Assembly: GCF_008831285.2 (NCBI RefSeq) | Contig: NC_045138.2 | Span: 23,684,001-23,748,000, forward strand | Origin: Nymphaea colorata | Taxonomy: Eukaryota | Direction of reading: 5' to 3' | DNA length: 64,000 nt | In this document: piece by piece, positions 23,790-37,379 of the stretch | Numbering within the stretch: the first letter of the stretch is position 1 | Layout: every line of letters starts with the position of its first letter | The notes under the pieces: model-generated | Database searches by the model: none | What the model saw: only the letters and a program-made list of their open reading frames with translations | What the model was told of the DNA's origin: nothing | Position numbers and translations under genes: made by a program

Positions 23790-26700
23790 ATGCTCCCCCC
23801 GCGGCCATGGAAGGAGCGGAAGACCCTTTGGGTGAGGGTGTAGTAGCTTTGGTCGGGGAGAATCTTCCGATATGGATACATAATCACTGTCTGTATGTAG
23901 ACGGAGAAGGGGTTTTGGGGCCATTGGAACAAGAGGTGATGGCGATGGAGCCTGAGGAAGACTTGGCCTATTTGGTTGGAGGCGGAGCAGAGAACGGGGG
24001 ACCTCCAAGCTCAAGCGCAGGAGCTGGACCTTCGTGGGCCCAAATAGTTGATGGCCTAGATGATGCAGGGTGTCCCTGAGGCGGAAATCCAGAATGATGA
24101 TGAGGACCCTTGTGTGCATTTTTCTCAAAAGGCGATGAAGCGAATGAGTGTGATCAGGGGGCCCAGGTTCTCTGTCATAGGGAATGGACGCTTCCTAATA
24201 AGGGTGGACAGCAAAGAAGAGATCCGCTCGGTGCTGGCCAAAAGAGCATGTAAAGTGGGGGCTCGAACATTGATTGTTAGTCGATGGGTTCCAGGGCAGA
24301 TATGAAAATCGCTGGGGAGCAAACAGTCTTAATCTTCATTCATTTGCCTGGTTTGCCGGTTAATCTGTGAAACAAACATTCGTTTCAGTTCATGGCCAAA
24401 CTGCCTTCATGGAGTTTTTGTGGCGTCGACCAGTGCACAATGAAGAGGGAGAAGTTAGGTTTCTCGCTAGGATTCAACTTGAAGTCCAATGTGATATTCC
24501 ACCCATGGTCATCGATCAAATTGGACTTAGGGGAAGGGCGAGTCATAAGAGGTTGTTTATGAATCTCAGATCATCTACTATGTAAGATGTGGTGCCCTCA
24601 TGCACCTTCCTGCTAACTGTAGACAGAAGGTGGAACCTAATGAAAGTATCTGCCTGTGCAGTCTCCTTGGGACAAATTAACGGTAAGGGTGAAAGAAAGA
24701 GCTCCTACCAAAGGTGGATGGGGGGACGACATCCCTTGTCAGTCCCATAAAATAGTTCATGTCATGGGCAGGGGAAATAAGGAGCCAGTGGGGATCTCTT
24801 CTCAAGTCTCTAGCCAGATCAAAGGAACTGCTCAGCACGGGGTGCTGCCGAGCGACGTGATTGCAATTGATCTGGGTAAGGTGAAACTTCCTGACAAGAA
24901 TCTTGTAGCTCAGGATTGACAAGAATCTTGTAACTCAGGATTGGCAGTCTTACCCCCTCTCAGTTCCCAGCCATGGCACCTTATGTACTAACCCAATACC
25001 TCTGGCTTCTAATCCTTTTGAGACGATAGGAGTTGCCAATGAAAAGGAATGGATGCGTAGTGTAGAATTTCCGGCTTTTCATTTCTAGCAAGGGTTGAGA
25101 GGAACAAAAGAGTGTCAGTGGGGGAGGAAAATACTAACCAGTCTCCCAATAGCCAGAACCAAGTTAGGAGGGGTTGTGGGCGGCCACCTAGTCAACGAAA
25201 ACCGATGGTGGAAAAAAGCTGGAGGAGCAGGATGGCTGGACGCTAGTTTGCCAGAAGAAAAGGAAGGCAATGATAGGTAATGAAGATGAGATTTCTAATT
25301 GGGGGAAGGAACAATAAAACGAATGGCTGGTGAATGTGGAAGCAGAGGGGATAGGTCTGCAATGAAGATTGAGACCTGTATTGGGGGGCTGCAGGGGCAG
25401 CCGCTCAGAGAGATATCATCTCCTTGCTGAACGATGTGAAGTTTGTGGTTGCTTTTCTCCTTGACACCCTCGTTAAGGAGCCAATCATTGAAAGTATTGC
25501 TTTACGACAGGTTTTAATGGTGTTGCTGCTAACCAAGAGCAAGCTGAGGGATAGCCAAGATCGCCTATTTCTGGTGTCTAGGTAGACTATCTACCCTCCA
25601 GTGGCAGGCCTCTCGGTGGTGGATCGCTTTATCCTTCAAAATGGGGGATTATAAGAAATCCGTGAAGGTGTTTAGGGTTTATCTTCCTAACAATCCTTCG
25701 GACAGAAGTAATTGTTACTGTCTCCTAAAGGAGGAAATAAACAAGAACTTGTGCCCAGTTATCATGAAGGGAGATTGCAATGCGATGAGATCCCAGAGCG
25801 ACAAAACTGGTAGGGCTCTGAATCCTCAATCATGTAGACTCTTCAATGAGTTCATTTATGACAATAATCTGCATGAGATAAGAGCTCGCTGAATGCCTTC
25901 ACGTGGCCTAATCGAAGGCAGGAAGATGAATGTATTCTTTGCAAAATTGGTTAGTGCTTCATCAACCAATACGGCACCCATGACCTACAGGTGGCATGTT
26001 TCCTTAACATAGAACTCAACCATCTTCGGATCACAAGGCCATGGTTTTGGAGTTGAGAGTTCGATGGTTTCAAGAGAGGGAAAAGAAGACTCAAGATTCT
26101 TTAAACCGTGACTCAACAATAATAAGGGGAGAGTGATTATGAAAGAAGCTTGGGAACAGTTCATTATGGATGCCCCATGCTAAGAGTTTTGGGCAAATTG
26201 TTAGCAGTCAAAAAAGGACTTACTGGATGAAACAGAGAGGAGTTTGGCAGCATAGGTGAGACGGTGAAGTCCTTGCACATCAAACTCGAGCAGGCCCAAG
26301 CAGTTATCGATCAGGGCAATCTATCTGCCACATTGGAGGAATCAGTCATACATCAAGAGCTCAATTGTGCCCTCCTCTTAAAAGAAATTATGTGGAGAAA
26401 TAAGTCTAAGGTGCGATAGCTTAAAGAAGGGGATAAAAACACACAATATTTCCAAGCAATGACCATCTTAAAAAAAAAGGATTGAAATTATGGAAGTCAA
26501 TGGTTACAAATATGAATATGTGGAGGAGATTATGGAGGCAGCGAGCTCTTATTTTGAAGCTTTCACAAATGAAGATGGTGCGACTAAGGATATTATGGAG
26601 GATATTGCAGATGGTGAGATGGTTTCAGAAGAGATGCTACCCTTCTTGCTTCAATCACCATTGAAGAAGTCAAAAAGACAGTCTTAGGCTTTGATAAAGA

Positions 26701-29432
26701 TAGTGATTTTGCCAATGATTTTTACCAAATCATGTGGCCTACCATCCAAAACTACATCCACCAAGCTTTTAGCAAATTTTTTCAATGTGGGAAGAGAGTT
26801 AGAAGTATCAAAAGTACCAATATAATGCTCATTCCCAAATTTTGAGAGCCCTCTCAATTTGAAGATTTCTGCCCTAATGCTCTATGTAACTATATAAAAT
26901 TGTCTCTAAAGTAATAGTTAATCGTATGCAAAGTATCTTGAGCCACATTACTAGGGTCAATCAAGGGGCGTTTATTAAGGAGAGGATAATTCATTATCTA
27001 TTTGCCCTGGCGAATGATTTGATTGATTTCCTTCACAATCGGAAGAGTGAAGCGATTATGTTGAAAATGGACCTCTCAAAAGCCTGTGACTGAGTTTTGT
27101 GGAATTTCCTCAAAAATAGCATGCTAATGACTGGTTTACCCCAAATGGGTGAGTCGTATCATGACATGTTGTTGACTGTGACCTTCTTAGTCTTATTTAA
27201 TGGGGAAGAAGGCATAATCTTTGAGTGCAAGAAGGGCCTCCAAAAGGGGGGTCCTCTCTCCCCCTACCTATTCATTTTAGTCATGGAGTTGTTTGCCTGC
27301 AGCTTTCAAAATTGCATAAAAAGAGAAATCATCAGGCTCCCCAAAATGCACTATTCCTTGCCTAATATACACTCTTTTTTTTGCATATGACGTCTTGCTT
27401 TTGTGCAGAGCTACTTGCAAATCCCTCTCTGGGACTGCCTCCTTCCTTGCCCAGCTGGAGAGATGTGCAGACCTAGAGATCAATGGGAAGTAATCATCCA
27501 TCTTCATGTTTGGAGTTAGTGATAGTAAAGCCAACATGTTGTCATCTATCTTGAAATAATGGGAAATGGATAAGCTTCCTTCAAAGTATCTTGGTCTGCC
27601 TCTATTTGTAGGCCAAATGAAAGAGAACCATTGTGCTGATCTTATTGGTAGATATGAAAGGAAAATGGCGTGGCAAACTAACTTTCTCTCCTTTGCAGGG
27701 CGTTTGAGCCTAGTGAAATATAACCTTGCGAAGTTGGGTGTTTACTGGATACAAGGTTCAAACTGCCAAAGAAAGCTCTTATCATCTTAGAAAGGAAAAT
27801 GGCACACTTTGAAAGAGTTGTGCAAACCTAAGGAGGAGGGCGGAGTTGAACTCCAGGCCTTGTGGAGTGGAACACAACACTTATAGAAACTAGATGCTGT
27901 AGACTTCTAGAGGGTGACTCATTATTAGCTTTGTGGCTTCGAATGTGGTATCTCAAAAATTTTAGAAGCTTTTGGTCCCTTAAGAAGCCATAGAAAGCTT
28001 CATGGGCATGGATCAGCCTTGGTCGGGGATGGTTGTTGATAGAAAATCTCGTTTTTCAAAAATTGTCAATGAAAAAAAAAGATTTTTTGGTAGATAATTG
28101 GAGTTATGGTATCCTTATACAAAGACTCCAAGGAGAACTTTAAGAGCAGGTTAGGCGTGACTGTCCTAATAGAAGTCCTAAGCCATTGTAGAAATGAAGA
28201 GGAATTCTTCTCCTTCTTGGTGAATGATATTAGGAATACCTATCTCTCGGAGGGGGAAGACAAACTTGTGTTTCAGCTAAATGCTAACCAAGAAATCTCT
28301 AGCGCACTTGTTTGGAATATGGTGAGAAACAAAGGTAATAAGGAGGCTTGGAAGAAGTTGGTTTGGGATGCAAATGCCTCGACACACACCAACTAGTTTA
28401 TCTACCTATCTTCCAAACATCAGCTCCTGACTACTGACCGCTTGAAGCATCTGGGCTTGCCCTTAGTTAATAGATGTTTCCTTTGTAAATATGAATAAGA
28501 GAACAACCATCATGTCTTAATTTCTTGTAAGTGGCAAGAAATGTGTGGAGTTGGATATTAAATAAGTTCAATCGAAGGAGATTTCATTGGAGTAACATTA
28601 ATGAGGAGCTCCAATATTGGTACCAAGTTAAGTTTCCACAGAGATGGATAGGTAAATATTGACACGTAATGTTCTATATTGTACAACCAAGCTGCCCATG
28701 ATAAATGGTAAAACCCATCAATTTCTAGCATTAGGAATCAGATTTGGAAGGTAGGGCAAATGGTGGCTGATGCGATCATTTGGCCTGAGGAAGACTAGCA
28801 ATCTGGTGGTCGTCCACTGATCTTTTTTGCAGTGAGGAAGGAGAAGTACATAAGAATGATCATTCAAGTTGTGCACAAGAGATTTAACCTAAGATTTATT
28901 GGGCTGCAATTTGGTGGGACAGGGATACTGGAGCCTATAAATCGGAAAGTAAAATGGCTTACACTAGGGGGGATGCTACTGAGATGCACTTGCTTGACCT
29001 TTGGTTACACAAGATGCAGGACAGTTCAAGAAGACTCATGATCATGTCTTCACTGTTGGAAATGAGCCTAATCGAAGGGCACAAACCTATTCCAGCTAGA
29101 TGGGCCCATCCCAGAAGGTGTTTCGAAAGAATTAGTATGGACAATCATCTTCCTTCAATGGATGCAGGTCAACAGCTCTTGCTCTATCGTCAGCAAGATG
29201 GACACGATGATGGCGGGTAAATATTCCCTTTCTGGCAAGCCTAATACGTCTGGGAAGAAACGTTTTTGACATAATTCTATGTTTTGAGTCAGATTATTTA
29301 TGACTTTGCCTTATGAAGAGTGATGGTTTTGCTCTTTGTGTTTACCTGGTGATGCTTGGCATCCCTTGTTACTTCTTGTAAATATCATTTTTCAAGCAAT
29401 AAAGGTGGGGGAGCCTACCTCCCAGCACTGCA
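23790..29432 (+). mobile_element. Degenerate near-full-length L1-clade LINE retrotransposon
   Basis: ORF1 relics: SWAQIV, DUF4283-like GNGRFLIRVDSKEE...VSRW, zinc-knuckle remnant ~24580-24620. ORF2 relics: endonuclease (GDCNAMRSQSDK, SDH), LKEGDKNTQYF, RT (KGLQKGGPLSPYLFILVME, LPSKYLGLPL, LSFAGRLSLVK), and a C-terminal CFLC..H..C motif ~28475. AATAAA at ~29398. Many stops and frameshifts. Confidence 0.92.
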
Positions 29433-29891
29433 TTATTGGAAATAAGCAAAATTAGACCATAAAACAGGTCCTCTCCAGACTTAAAATACGTAGATTTGGA
29501 ACGTTGTGAACGTCCCTCATTGATAGAACGAGCTTATGTTAAATGGGACCCTGGATCCGAGATAACCATAGAATGTTGGAGTAAAAGTATTAAACCACCG
29601 ACAGTATGCTCTCTGGGTAGAATATCTATATCACATTACTAAATCTGAGTTTCTAATAGTGTCAGTGAACCAATTTGCTCTGTTGAAATTAAATTGTTAA
29701 ATTTTTATTATGTTAGTTTAAGGGTCTTGCTATTACTTTTTTCTTAAATTAAATGTGGTATGAGATTGCAAGTCTAGTGGCAATACATCGATCAAAATAA
29801 TAGCCCGTAGGTTTCAGCGATGGGAGGAGGGAAGCCGCTCTTGCCTCCACCTCCACCTATGATTGTGGGTGGAGGGCAATAAGGAGCCAAG

Positions 29892-30116
29892 TAGGTCTGG
29901 GCATCGGGCTGGTCGGACATTTAAAACTTGAACTCGTGTTCGGCCTAACTTGATTAAAATAAAAAAATGTTTTTCTAAATACAAAATAAAAAAATTTTAA
30001 ATATAAAAAATTAATCAAACCGAGTCGGGCTCCCCACTCAGGTCGGTTTTCTCGAGCCCGAGCCCAATCGAGTCAGGTACCAAGTACCAAGACCCAAGAC
30101 CCGATATATAGGCTTA
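29892..30116. mobile_element. hAT-type MITE ~440 bp upstream of the 30557 start codon
   Basis: Perfect 8-bp TSD GAGCCAAG (29884-29891 and 30117-30124). Ends TAGGTCT / AGGCTTA; CGGGC/GCCCG subterminal motifs. Confidence 0.85.
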
Positions 30117-30556
30117 GAGCCAAGCCAGTGGCATTGAGAGAAGACGTTCAATGATTAGATGGTTCATATTTGATGTCTGTTAATGTCTCTATAAATAAAT
30201 ATAGAGTCAGTGTTGTATATATATATATATACTTAGTTAGAAGAGAAATTTTTTAGCTGATGATTTTATTGGACAAGCCAGGTCCTTTATTCGAAATATG
30301 CAAAATTATACCATAAAACCAGTCCTCCCCACTCCGACTTAAAATTCGTAGATTTGGAATACGAAAGGCCCTCTTTGCCGAGCGGGCTAATCTTAAATCG
30401 GACCCTGGATCAGAGATATCCATACTTCCCCAGGCTGACCCCTCGCGTTGATTCGATCGCTGTTGCAGCTTCACTTGCGTCTCCTGCGCTTTTTAGATTC
30501 ACCTCCGAACCGAACGGAAGGAACAGAGAGAGAGAGAGAGAGAGCGGGAGAGCGCA

Positions 30557-30746
30557 ATGTTGGAGGAAAAGGTTGCCTGGAGCTGTGAGACGAACTGGAG
30601 CGTAAGTCAGGGAGACCTCAGGAAGACCATCCTCCTAGAGACTTCCACCAGCCTTCCTTCCAAAGCAGACGAGGAGCGGGCCGCCGTTGAACCTCTGTTG
30701 CTGAAGCCCTCGCCGTCAGTTGAGTTGGGTCCATGCGAGATCACCG
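30557..30746 (+). CDS. Uncharacterised plant protein (At5g47940-like): exon 1
   Basis: MLEEKVAWSCETNWSVSQGDL...PLLLKPSPSVELGPCEIT then G|gtgagt. The TNW, PLLL and PCEIT motifs recall this family. (GA)n in the 5' leader. Confidence 0.85.
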
Positions 30747-33165
30747 GTGAGTTCGGGTGCTTTCTTATTTTCATCCGGATTACGAGGTAGAGTACGAAAG
30801 CGAGCGCTGTCGTTGGGCTTCTACTTCTGTAAATGTGACCCCCGTGCTCGTTAGGGTTTTAATTTCATTACAATTGTCTAATATTCCAGGTGATTTCGCG
30901 TTTCATGCTTATGATATTATTACTCCATGTTCTCGATGATGTGGGGTTCTGAAATCGAGAGAATTTCTATTTCTTTTAGCCTGGTATTGGGTGGATCATG
31001 ATTTTGAAATGCTTTTGTTATGTCACACTGGATGTTTTCGCTGGTGAGGTGCTGGAAAAGAAGTTATGTTTTTTCCGAAACATAATCATAATGGATGAAT
31101 TGAAATTTCTGGAAATGTATGAATAAAGATTGTGAAAAATTTGATACCTAGATCAGATTCTATGACTTGAGAAGTTGAGAAGCTAAAAACATTAATAATA
31201 AAGTGCTTATGAATGGTCTATCCCTCACAAAATCCATAATACGCACACACACACACACACACACGCACACACAGAGTTCCAGCCAACATATCAGGTCAGG
31301 TAAGGATCAATAAAGTTTCAATTATCTTCCATAGACTAGGTTTTTTAGTAAGTCTTTTTGAAATTATGCTGTTGTAAGTTCCCATCGAATCTTCACCGTG
31401 CTGCATTACTTTGACTTTATTCTAATATGAATCTTCATAGTCGTGACCTATTCATTTCATTATACGGAGCCCATATTTAAAATTTTATCATTTTAATAGT
31501 TCTCATAATATCGTGAAACTTTGTCAAGATATAGTGAGCCAATATTTATTTTATGCCTTTGTAAGTTTACCCCCAATAAAAGTGCTAGGAACAGCCAAAC
31601 CTTGTACCAGTGAGATAAATTTTGTCATCTAATTCCACTTTTTCAAAATGGATGCAAATTTAAAATGACATCTCAAAATCTTTTTGAAGCATGCTTTGAG
31701 AACAACTGCAGGTTTCCTTTGGCTTTGTTGGAAGAAATTCTATACTAACATGTTTATAGATGGTTAGTGTGAGGGTACTGCTCATTTTAAAACTCATCTA
31801 AGACTCAATGTCGACTGATTTATGTTTGAAATTCTTAAACCAAGGTGAAGTGCCTAATTGTAGCATAATGTTGACCTTTTTTGAAGCATTAGTTAGCTTA
31901 TGCAATTTTGGGTATTAAGCGTGATAAGCAGTGAACTAGAAACACAACACCACAAATTCAAGATTTTATGATAAAACAACATTTCAATGAGCTCAACTAG
32001 GGAGCAATAACAGATGGATCACGTAGAATTAGGTGAAGACTACCTTTCATGACTATGATTTCGTATGAAAACAATATCTGCAAGTGCAGGCTCCCCTTTT
32101 TAGTTTTGATTACCATTTTATGTCCCATTGCATTGGATCTAACAATGTCTGCATGTGTTTCCCTGAAATAATTTTCACAAAAAATGCTTCACCTATGTGA
32201 CCCAGGTATGCCATGTATTAGAGCAACCTGTTTGAAGATAGCACCAATCTTCCATCAGCACTTCCAGACATCTTGGTTTATCGATGAACAATGAACAATC
32301 TAAAAGTTGCAGTCTGAGCAGTGAGCAATAACTCTAAATCTAATGCAGAAAATAGGACCATGGCCATACTCTTATATCACCGCATGCCTCCTAATTTACC
32401 ATTTTTTGTTTCTCCCAGTAGGATCAAAATAAGCCTTACATGTTACTTGTTCTTTCCTGCAAAATGCACTATGCCATGTGTGTTTATTGATTGAGAAACA
32501 TGTGATGGGAAATAGAAGGTGCACACAATATCAATCTCAAAAGACATTCCTGTAAAAATCTTGATTACATACCCCAAGAGACTGGACTCTGGTTTTTCTT
32601 AAAGAGATCCTTTTATTGTTATGCCTTCAGGGGAATATAAATTGTCGAAGCATGATAAGATTCAGTTACCCCACCCATGGTATTGAGGAATTTCCTCCTT
32701 AATATTCAATTTCCTACATTCAATGTGCTTCCTTAAAAATATCTATTTTATCAGGATGTCTTTCTGTTCTTCATTTGGCAATGCAACTTGATTAAAGAAG
32801 AAAATAGTTGAGGGCCGTTGGCCTTGACGCTATGAAAGGGCTAGATAGTCAAGTGCTTTAGTGAAAATGCTTAGTAAGCACAATCTTAAAGAACCAACAG
32901 GACTCTCTTCCCCATTAAGTTCGTCAAAGAACTTCAAAATCTTAGAAACAACATGATGTATCACTCTAGATGAGTCTAGACACGTTTGCCAAAATTCATG
33001 TGTCATGTGTCGGATGGTTGCCAAATGATTAAAATTTAATAATTCATCACTAAAAGGACCATAAATCATCGTTAAAACCACCATAAACCATTTCCATGCT
33101 ATAAACTGTGTCTAATGTCAATCTAGTGACTGTTATATATATATATATATATATATTGAAAAATT

Positions 33166-33391
33166 GAATGGTGACTCTGGCTTTACAGAGTCACGCAACC
33201 ATCTAATCAAGGCCAATCTAACATGATGGATGATTAAGAGAAAAGCAAGAAAAAAAGGGTGATGGACATTTTTGTCATCTATTATTAGTTCACACTTTTT
33301 CTCCTTGTTTTTCTCTCAACCATCTATCTGCATTAAATGGATTGCCTTAATTAGATGGTTAGGTGACTCTAGATAGCCAAAGTCATCATTC
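33166..33391. mobile_element. Fold-back MITE abutting a (TA)n tract, in the intron
   Basis: ~50-bp TIRs GAATGGTGACTCTGGCTTTACAGAGTCACGCAACCATCTAATCAAGGC / GCCTTAATTAGATGGTTAGGTGACTCTAGATAGCCAAAGTCATCATTC. A partial second copy is at ~59733-59855. Confidence 0.8.
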
Positions 33392-34421
33392 CGGCTGGTG
33401 GATGTTGTTGGATGGATTTTTTTTACAATTTGTCGCTGAATACCATCGCAATAAGTCCGTTAGCAATGATTTTTGTTGGACCATGGGTTCTCAATGTTTT
33501 CAGCCGTGGTTTTTGGGATTTTCAGCAGCAGGCCCTAATAAGTAATACCTTTGGGAGACTTCTTGTTAGCTTCAGGCTAACAAGGGCTCCTCAACTCACA
33601 CACCCTCACACTGAAGCCCAGCTTCATGTAATGCTTAATCTCTTCTTGATAATAATCACTGAGCTTACAAGTATTATAAAGTGCAAAGTATGCTTCGGGT
33701 GGGTTGTGTCCTGCTCCATGGAGCTTCTCGACCCGAATCAAGTAAAAGGAATAAAGGCACAATAAAAACTAGGTCTAACACTTCTACATTCTGGCTTTCC
33801 ACTTGCCAGGTAAGTAGGTGTGTTCAAAATCTGTAAGACCTATCCAAGGCAATTCGAGGCTGGGAATGACCAAAACTAGGGACTGTTTGGGAAGAAATAA
33901 ATGAGATATTTGGCAGCTAGATCTCACCATCATTAACAAATGAATTAAGAATTTCAGACATACAGGGAGTTCCAGCTACTTAGGTTTACAGGAAATATGT
34001 GGATGGGTCAGTACCAATGGTTGGATACTTTTTGGTTCTCCTGGTTCTCTTATAGTTCAATGGTAATGATTGACTCAAACAAATCACTTATACGCAATAT
34101 TTTTTGACTTGGTTTATTTGTTGCTGAAGTTTAAGTATATTTAGCTATATCTGCGAAGATGATAACAATATCAGTTCAAAATTCTAGTCCCTGATTTTTG
34201 TATTATCATGCAAGATCTTAAGTTGGACGTGGTTGTTGGATATCCTTCAAAATTAGTGTCACTGATCTTTGAGTATATGTTTATTCTATGGAGTATTAAT
34301 GTATAGAGACCCAATCACAAGTTTCATTATGGTTCAAAGAACTTTTCCGACAAGTATCACATTCATAATTTTGTGGAGCACCAAATGATATTCGTCATTG
34401 GTGGATTATCTTAGTTATACC

Positions 34422-34744
34422 CATTGTCACAGAAAACACGTATTATTTGAAAAAAACACATATGATACATGAGAAATAAGTTAGCTGTATAAAATGACAA
34501 TTAGTTGCGGCTTTTTTAAAAAAAATGCCAGAAAATAAAAAAACGTGAAAAGAACACATATTATACGCATTTTTTTATTTTTGTTTAATATTTTTTTTTA
34601 TATTTTCAGGATTTATTAAATGTTTTAAATTTTTTAAAAGTTTTCCGAGATTTTCTTGAGATATTTCGAGATATACAACTTTGTCATATTATACCTGAGA
34701 AATTCCTTGCCGTATAATACCCGTATACGATATATGTGACAACG
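34422..34744. mobile_element. hAT-type MITE in the intron
   Basis: TIRs CATTGTCACA / TGTGACAACG. Perfect 8-bp TSD GTTATACC (34414-34421 and 34745-34752). Confidence 0.9.
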
Positions 34745-34866
34745 GTTATACCAAACTTTTATTTGCTTATGCCATTATTAATTGGTTTCCGTTCCTGGTT
34801 CATTAGTCAATCTCATTGGCTGTCTTTTGCTGTTGCTTTTTGTATATTCATAACTTTGAACAACAG

Positions 34867-37379
34867 TCAAGTTCAGTCAAGAGCATGAGATTCACAGGGT
34901 TTACTTGCGGAGCACGGCTCGTGTATATGAGATATTTTATGCAACTGAACAACATGATGGAAATGAGTATTTATGCACCACTCGCTGTGGGCCTGTGAAG
35001 AGAAAATGCCATCCATTTCAGGCAGATTGTTCATTAATAAGTGCTTCAAGTGAAGGAACTAAAAATGACCATACCGAAGAAGATGGCTGGATTGATGTGA
35101 AGGTTCCAGGTTTTGTTTTGCCAGATGAGGCTTATCCTTCCTTAAAGATATCTGAAGTTGGGAAACAAGAAGAAGATTGCTGCTTCTACGAAGGCACAGC
35201 AGAGATTTGTGGTGCAAACCCTTGTATCTATCTCACAATCCGGCTGCTGTCGCTCTACACAAAGGGATCCGTTTGCCTAGGCCAGTTGTATATACTTGCT
35301 AGCCCCACTGCATCCTCGGTATTTTGTGAGCCATCCAATCCTGCTGTGAGCTCTGGGAATGCATCTCTCCTAGCTATGCTTGTTCCTAGTCTTATTCAGC
35401 TTTACAGAGAAGGTTCAGAGGCACAGGGAAGACCATCTTCAGGTAGCATGAAACCATGCAATGGATCGGAAATGGAAACAGAAAGGGCAATTCAGATGAA
35501 GAAGAAGCCTGTGGAAGATACAGGAAAAGTTGAACAGCTGCACCACTCTAGTGGAGCTGCAAAAGCATATATAAGTGGGAACACAAGAGAGGAAGGTTAC
35601 TCTGACAGGGTCAAAGATGAAAGCTATGGGAGTGGAGCTACAATTTGTACAGGTATGAACAGAAGAGAAGAAAGTGAATCTGTCAGGTCTAGTGGTGAAG
35701 GCTGTGGGAGTACATCTTGTAGTTGTCAATGTGAAGCATTGGTGAAGCTGAATGAGAAGGTAGATCGAATTGCTGCTTACTGTGCAAGCATTGAGGAAAA
35801 CATGATTAAACCTCTTGTTTCTATGGAAACAAGGCTGAAACAACTCGAGGAGAAACTCGATGCAGTTTTAACATCTGAATTAAATAAACATGCTAATTTT
35901 AGCCGTGATGGAAGTTTCGGTGAAGAGTATGATGGAATTAAAGAAGATGGCTGTCAAAGTAGAAAAGGAGGGCTTGTGGCGTTTGACGGATGCAAGTGTT
36001 TCAACTGCAATGGCTTTGATGATGAAAGTGCAACGGGAGATGATATTGAGAGTGACTCAGAAGACACAAGCTGCTCCTCTTCTAGTAGTGACAGCAGCAA
36101 TGATTCTGATAAAGATGATGTGAGTGAGGATGAGGATGTTGGAAGTGAAGACATTGAGGAGAATGAAAATGAACTTGTTGAACAAAATAACTTGGTTGTG
36201 ATGGGGGGATCTGAGTCATTTGAACTTGCCTGCATGTCGTGTAGCAATGACGGGAAGAATTATTCAGTCATTGATAATGACTATCCTGAGGAAGATGGTC
36301 AAACTGAAGAATGTGCAAGTGATGACAATGATGATATTGAGGAACATGTAAAGGATCATCCTGGTTCTGCTGATGCCTTGAACACCTTGAACACCATGAG
36401 CCATTCAACTGTTAAATCAAAGTGGTCCATTGAAGAAGCAGTAGTTTCTGCTCTTTCAGACTTCATAGCAACAACTGCCGCTGCTAATGGTTCGTATTCT
36501 GAACGAGCAAGTGTCACTAATATGAACATCATCGACAAAGAAAGCTGGAAACCTGTTATTACGGAAGCCATCTTTTCAAGTCAATCGACAGAAGAGTCAC
36601 AGCTATTGGCATGTGGAGGTGCTGCTTATCAAGATCAACTTGTTGCAGCAACGCTTGGAAAAAGCAATGCGATTGGGTCCTCAAGGTCAACCATTTCCAC
36701 TCTCAAATGCACAAATGAGCTGCAATCAGATGGCATCCAAGAAGACGAAGGGGATCCAGGAATTCAATATGAAGAAAGTTTGAGACTCAAACCAGAACAA
36801 CCTTTTGCCCTCAATGAGAATTTGGAGAAGGGATTTCAAATCCTGAACCACATCAAAGAACAAAATCAACAGTTCAAAAATGCGTTCAAGTATAAGACAA
36901 ATTCTGAGGACTTTGATGATTCATTCTTGGATGTAAAGTTTGTTGTGGACAGGAATTGTCAGTCTGATTTTGCACTAGAAGTCCTTCTTGGTGGACACGA
37001 CCTTGCAACTGTGACATGCATGAGCAACTGTATGCTGAATTCAGGCAATGAGGATCACCTGTTATCCCTTGAAGAGGATCCTACGTCTGTGACGGACTCT
37101 GTGGAGTATTCCAGTAGTCAAATAGACAATTTTCCAATGCCTGAAGAACTGAATCAAATTGGCCCTATCATGGAAGGATGGAGGGAAACCACAGATAATG
37201 GTGTTGACAGTGTGCGCAAAAACATTGATCTTTTGTGTTTGGAAGATGTGCTACAGACGGATCCTGTGTGTCAAACGGTGAATCCTAGTTTGTCTGCACA
37301 CCAAAGTAGTTTCTATTCTGTGTCTGACAAGCAGAAGGAAGTGCATCCTGTGGATGCTGCCAGTGGCTTGTCCTCATAA
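34867..37379 (+). CDS. Uncharacterised plant protein (At5g47940-like): exon 2; joined protein 900 aa
   Basis: Acceptor caacag| gives in-frame VKFSQEHEIHRVYLRSTARVYEIFY...EYLCTTRCG...EDGWIDVKVP...FYEGTAEI...LTIRLLSL. Followed by a coiled coil (KVDRIAAYCASIEENMIKPLVSMETRLKQLEEKL) and an acidic tail. 190+2513 nt = 901 codons. Confidence 0.9.

Noticed and set aside
35439..36571. Minus-strand and shifted-frame ORFs within the large exon
   Set aside because: Shadow ORFs of the real plus-strand CDS.
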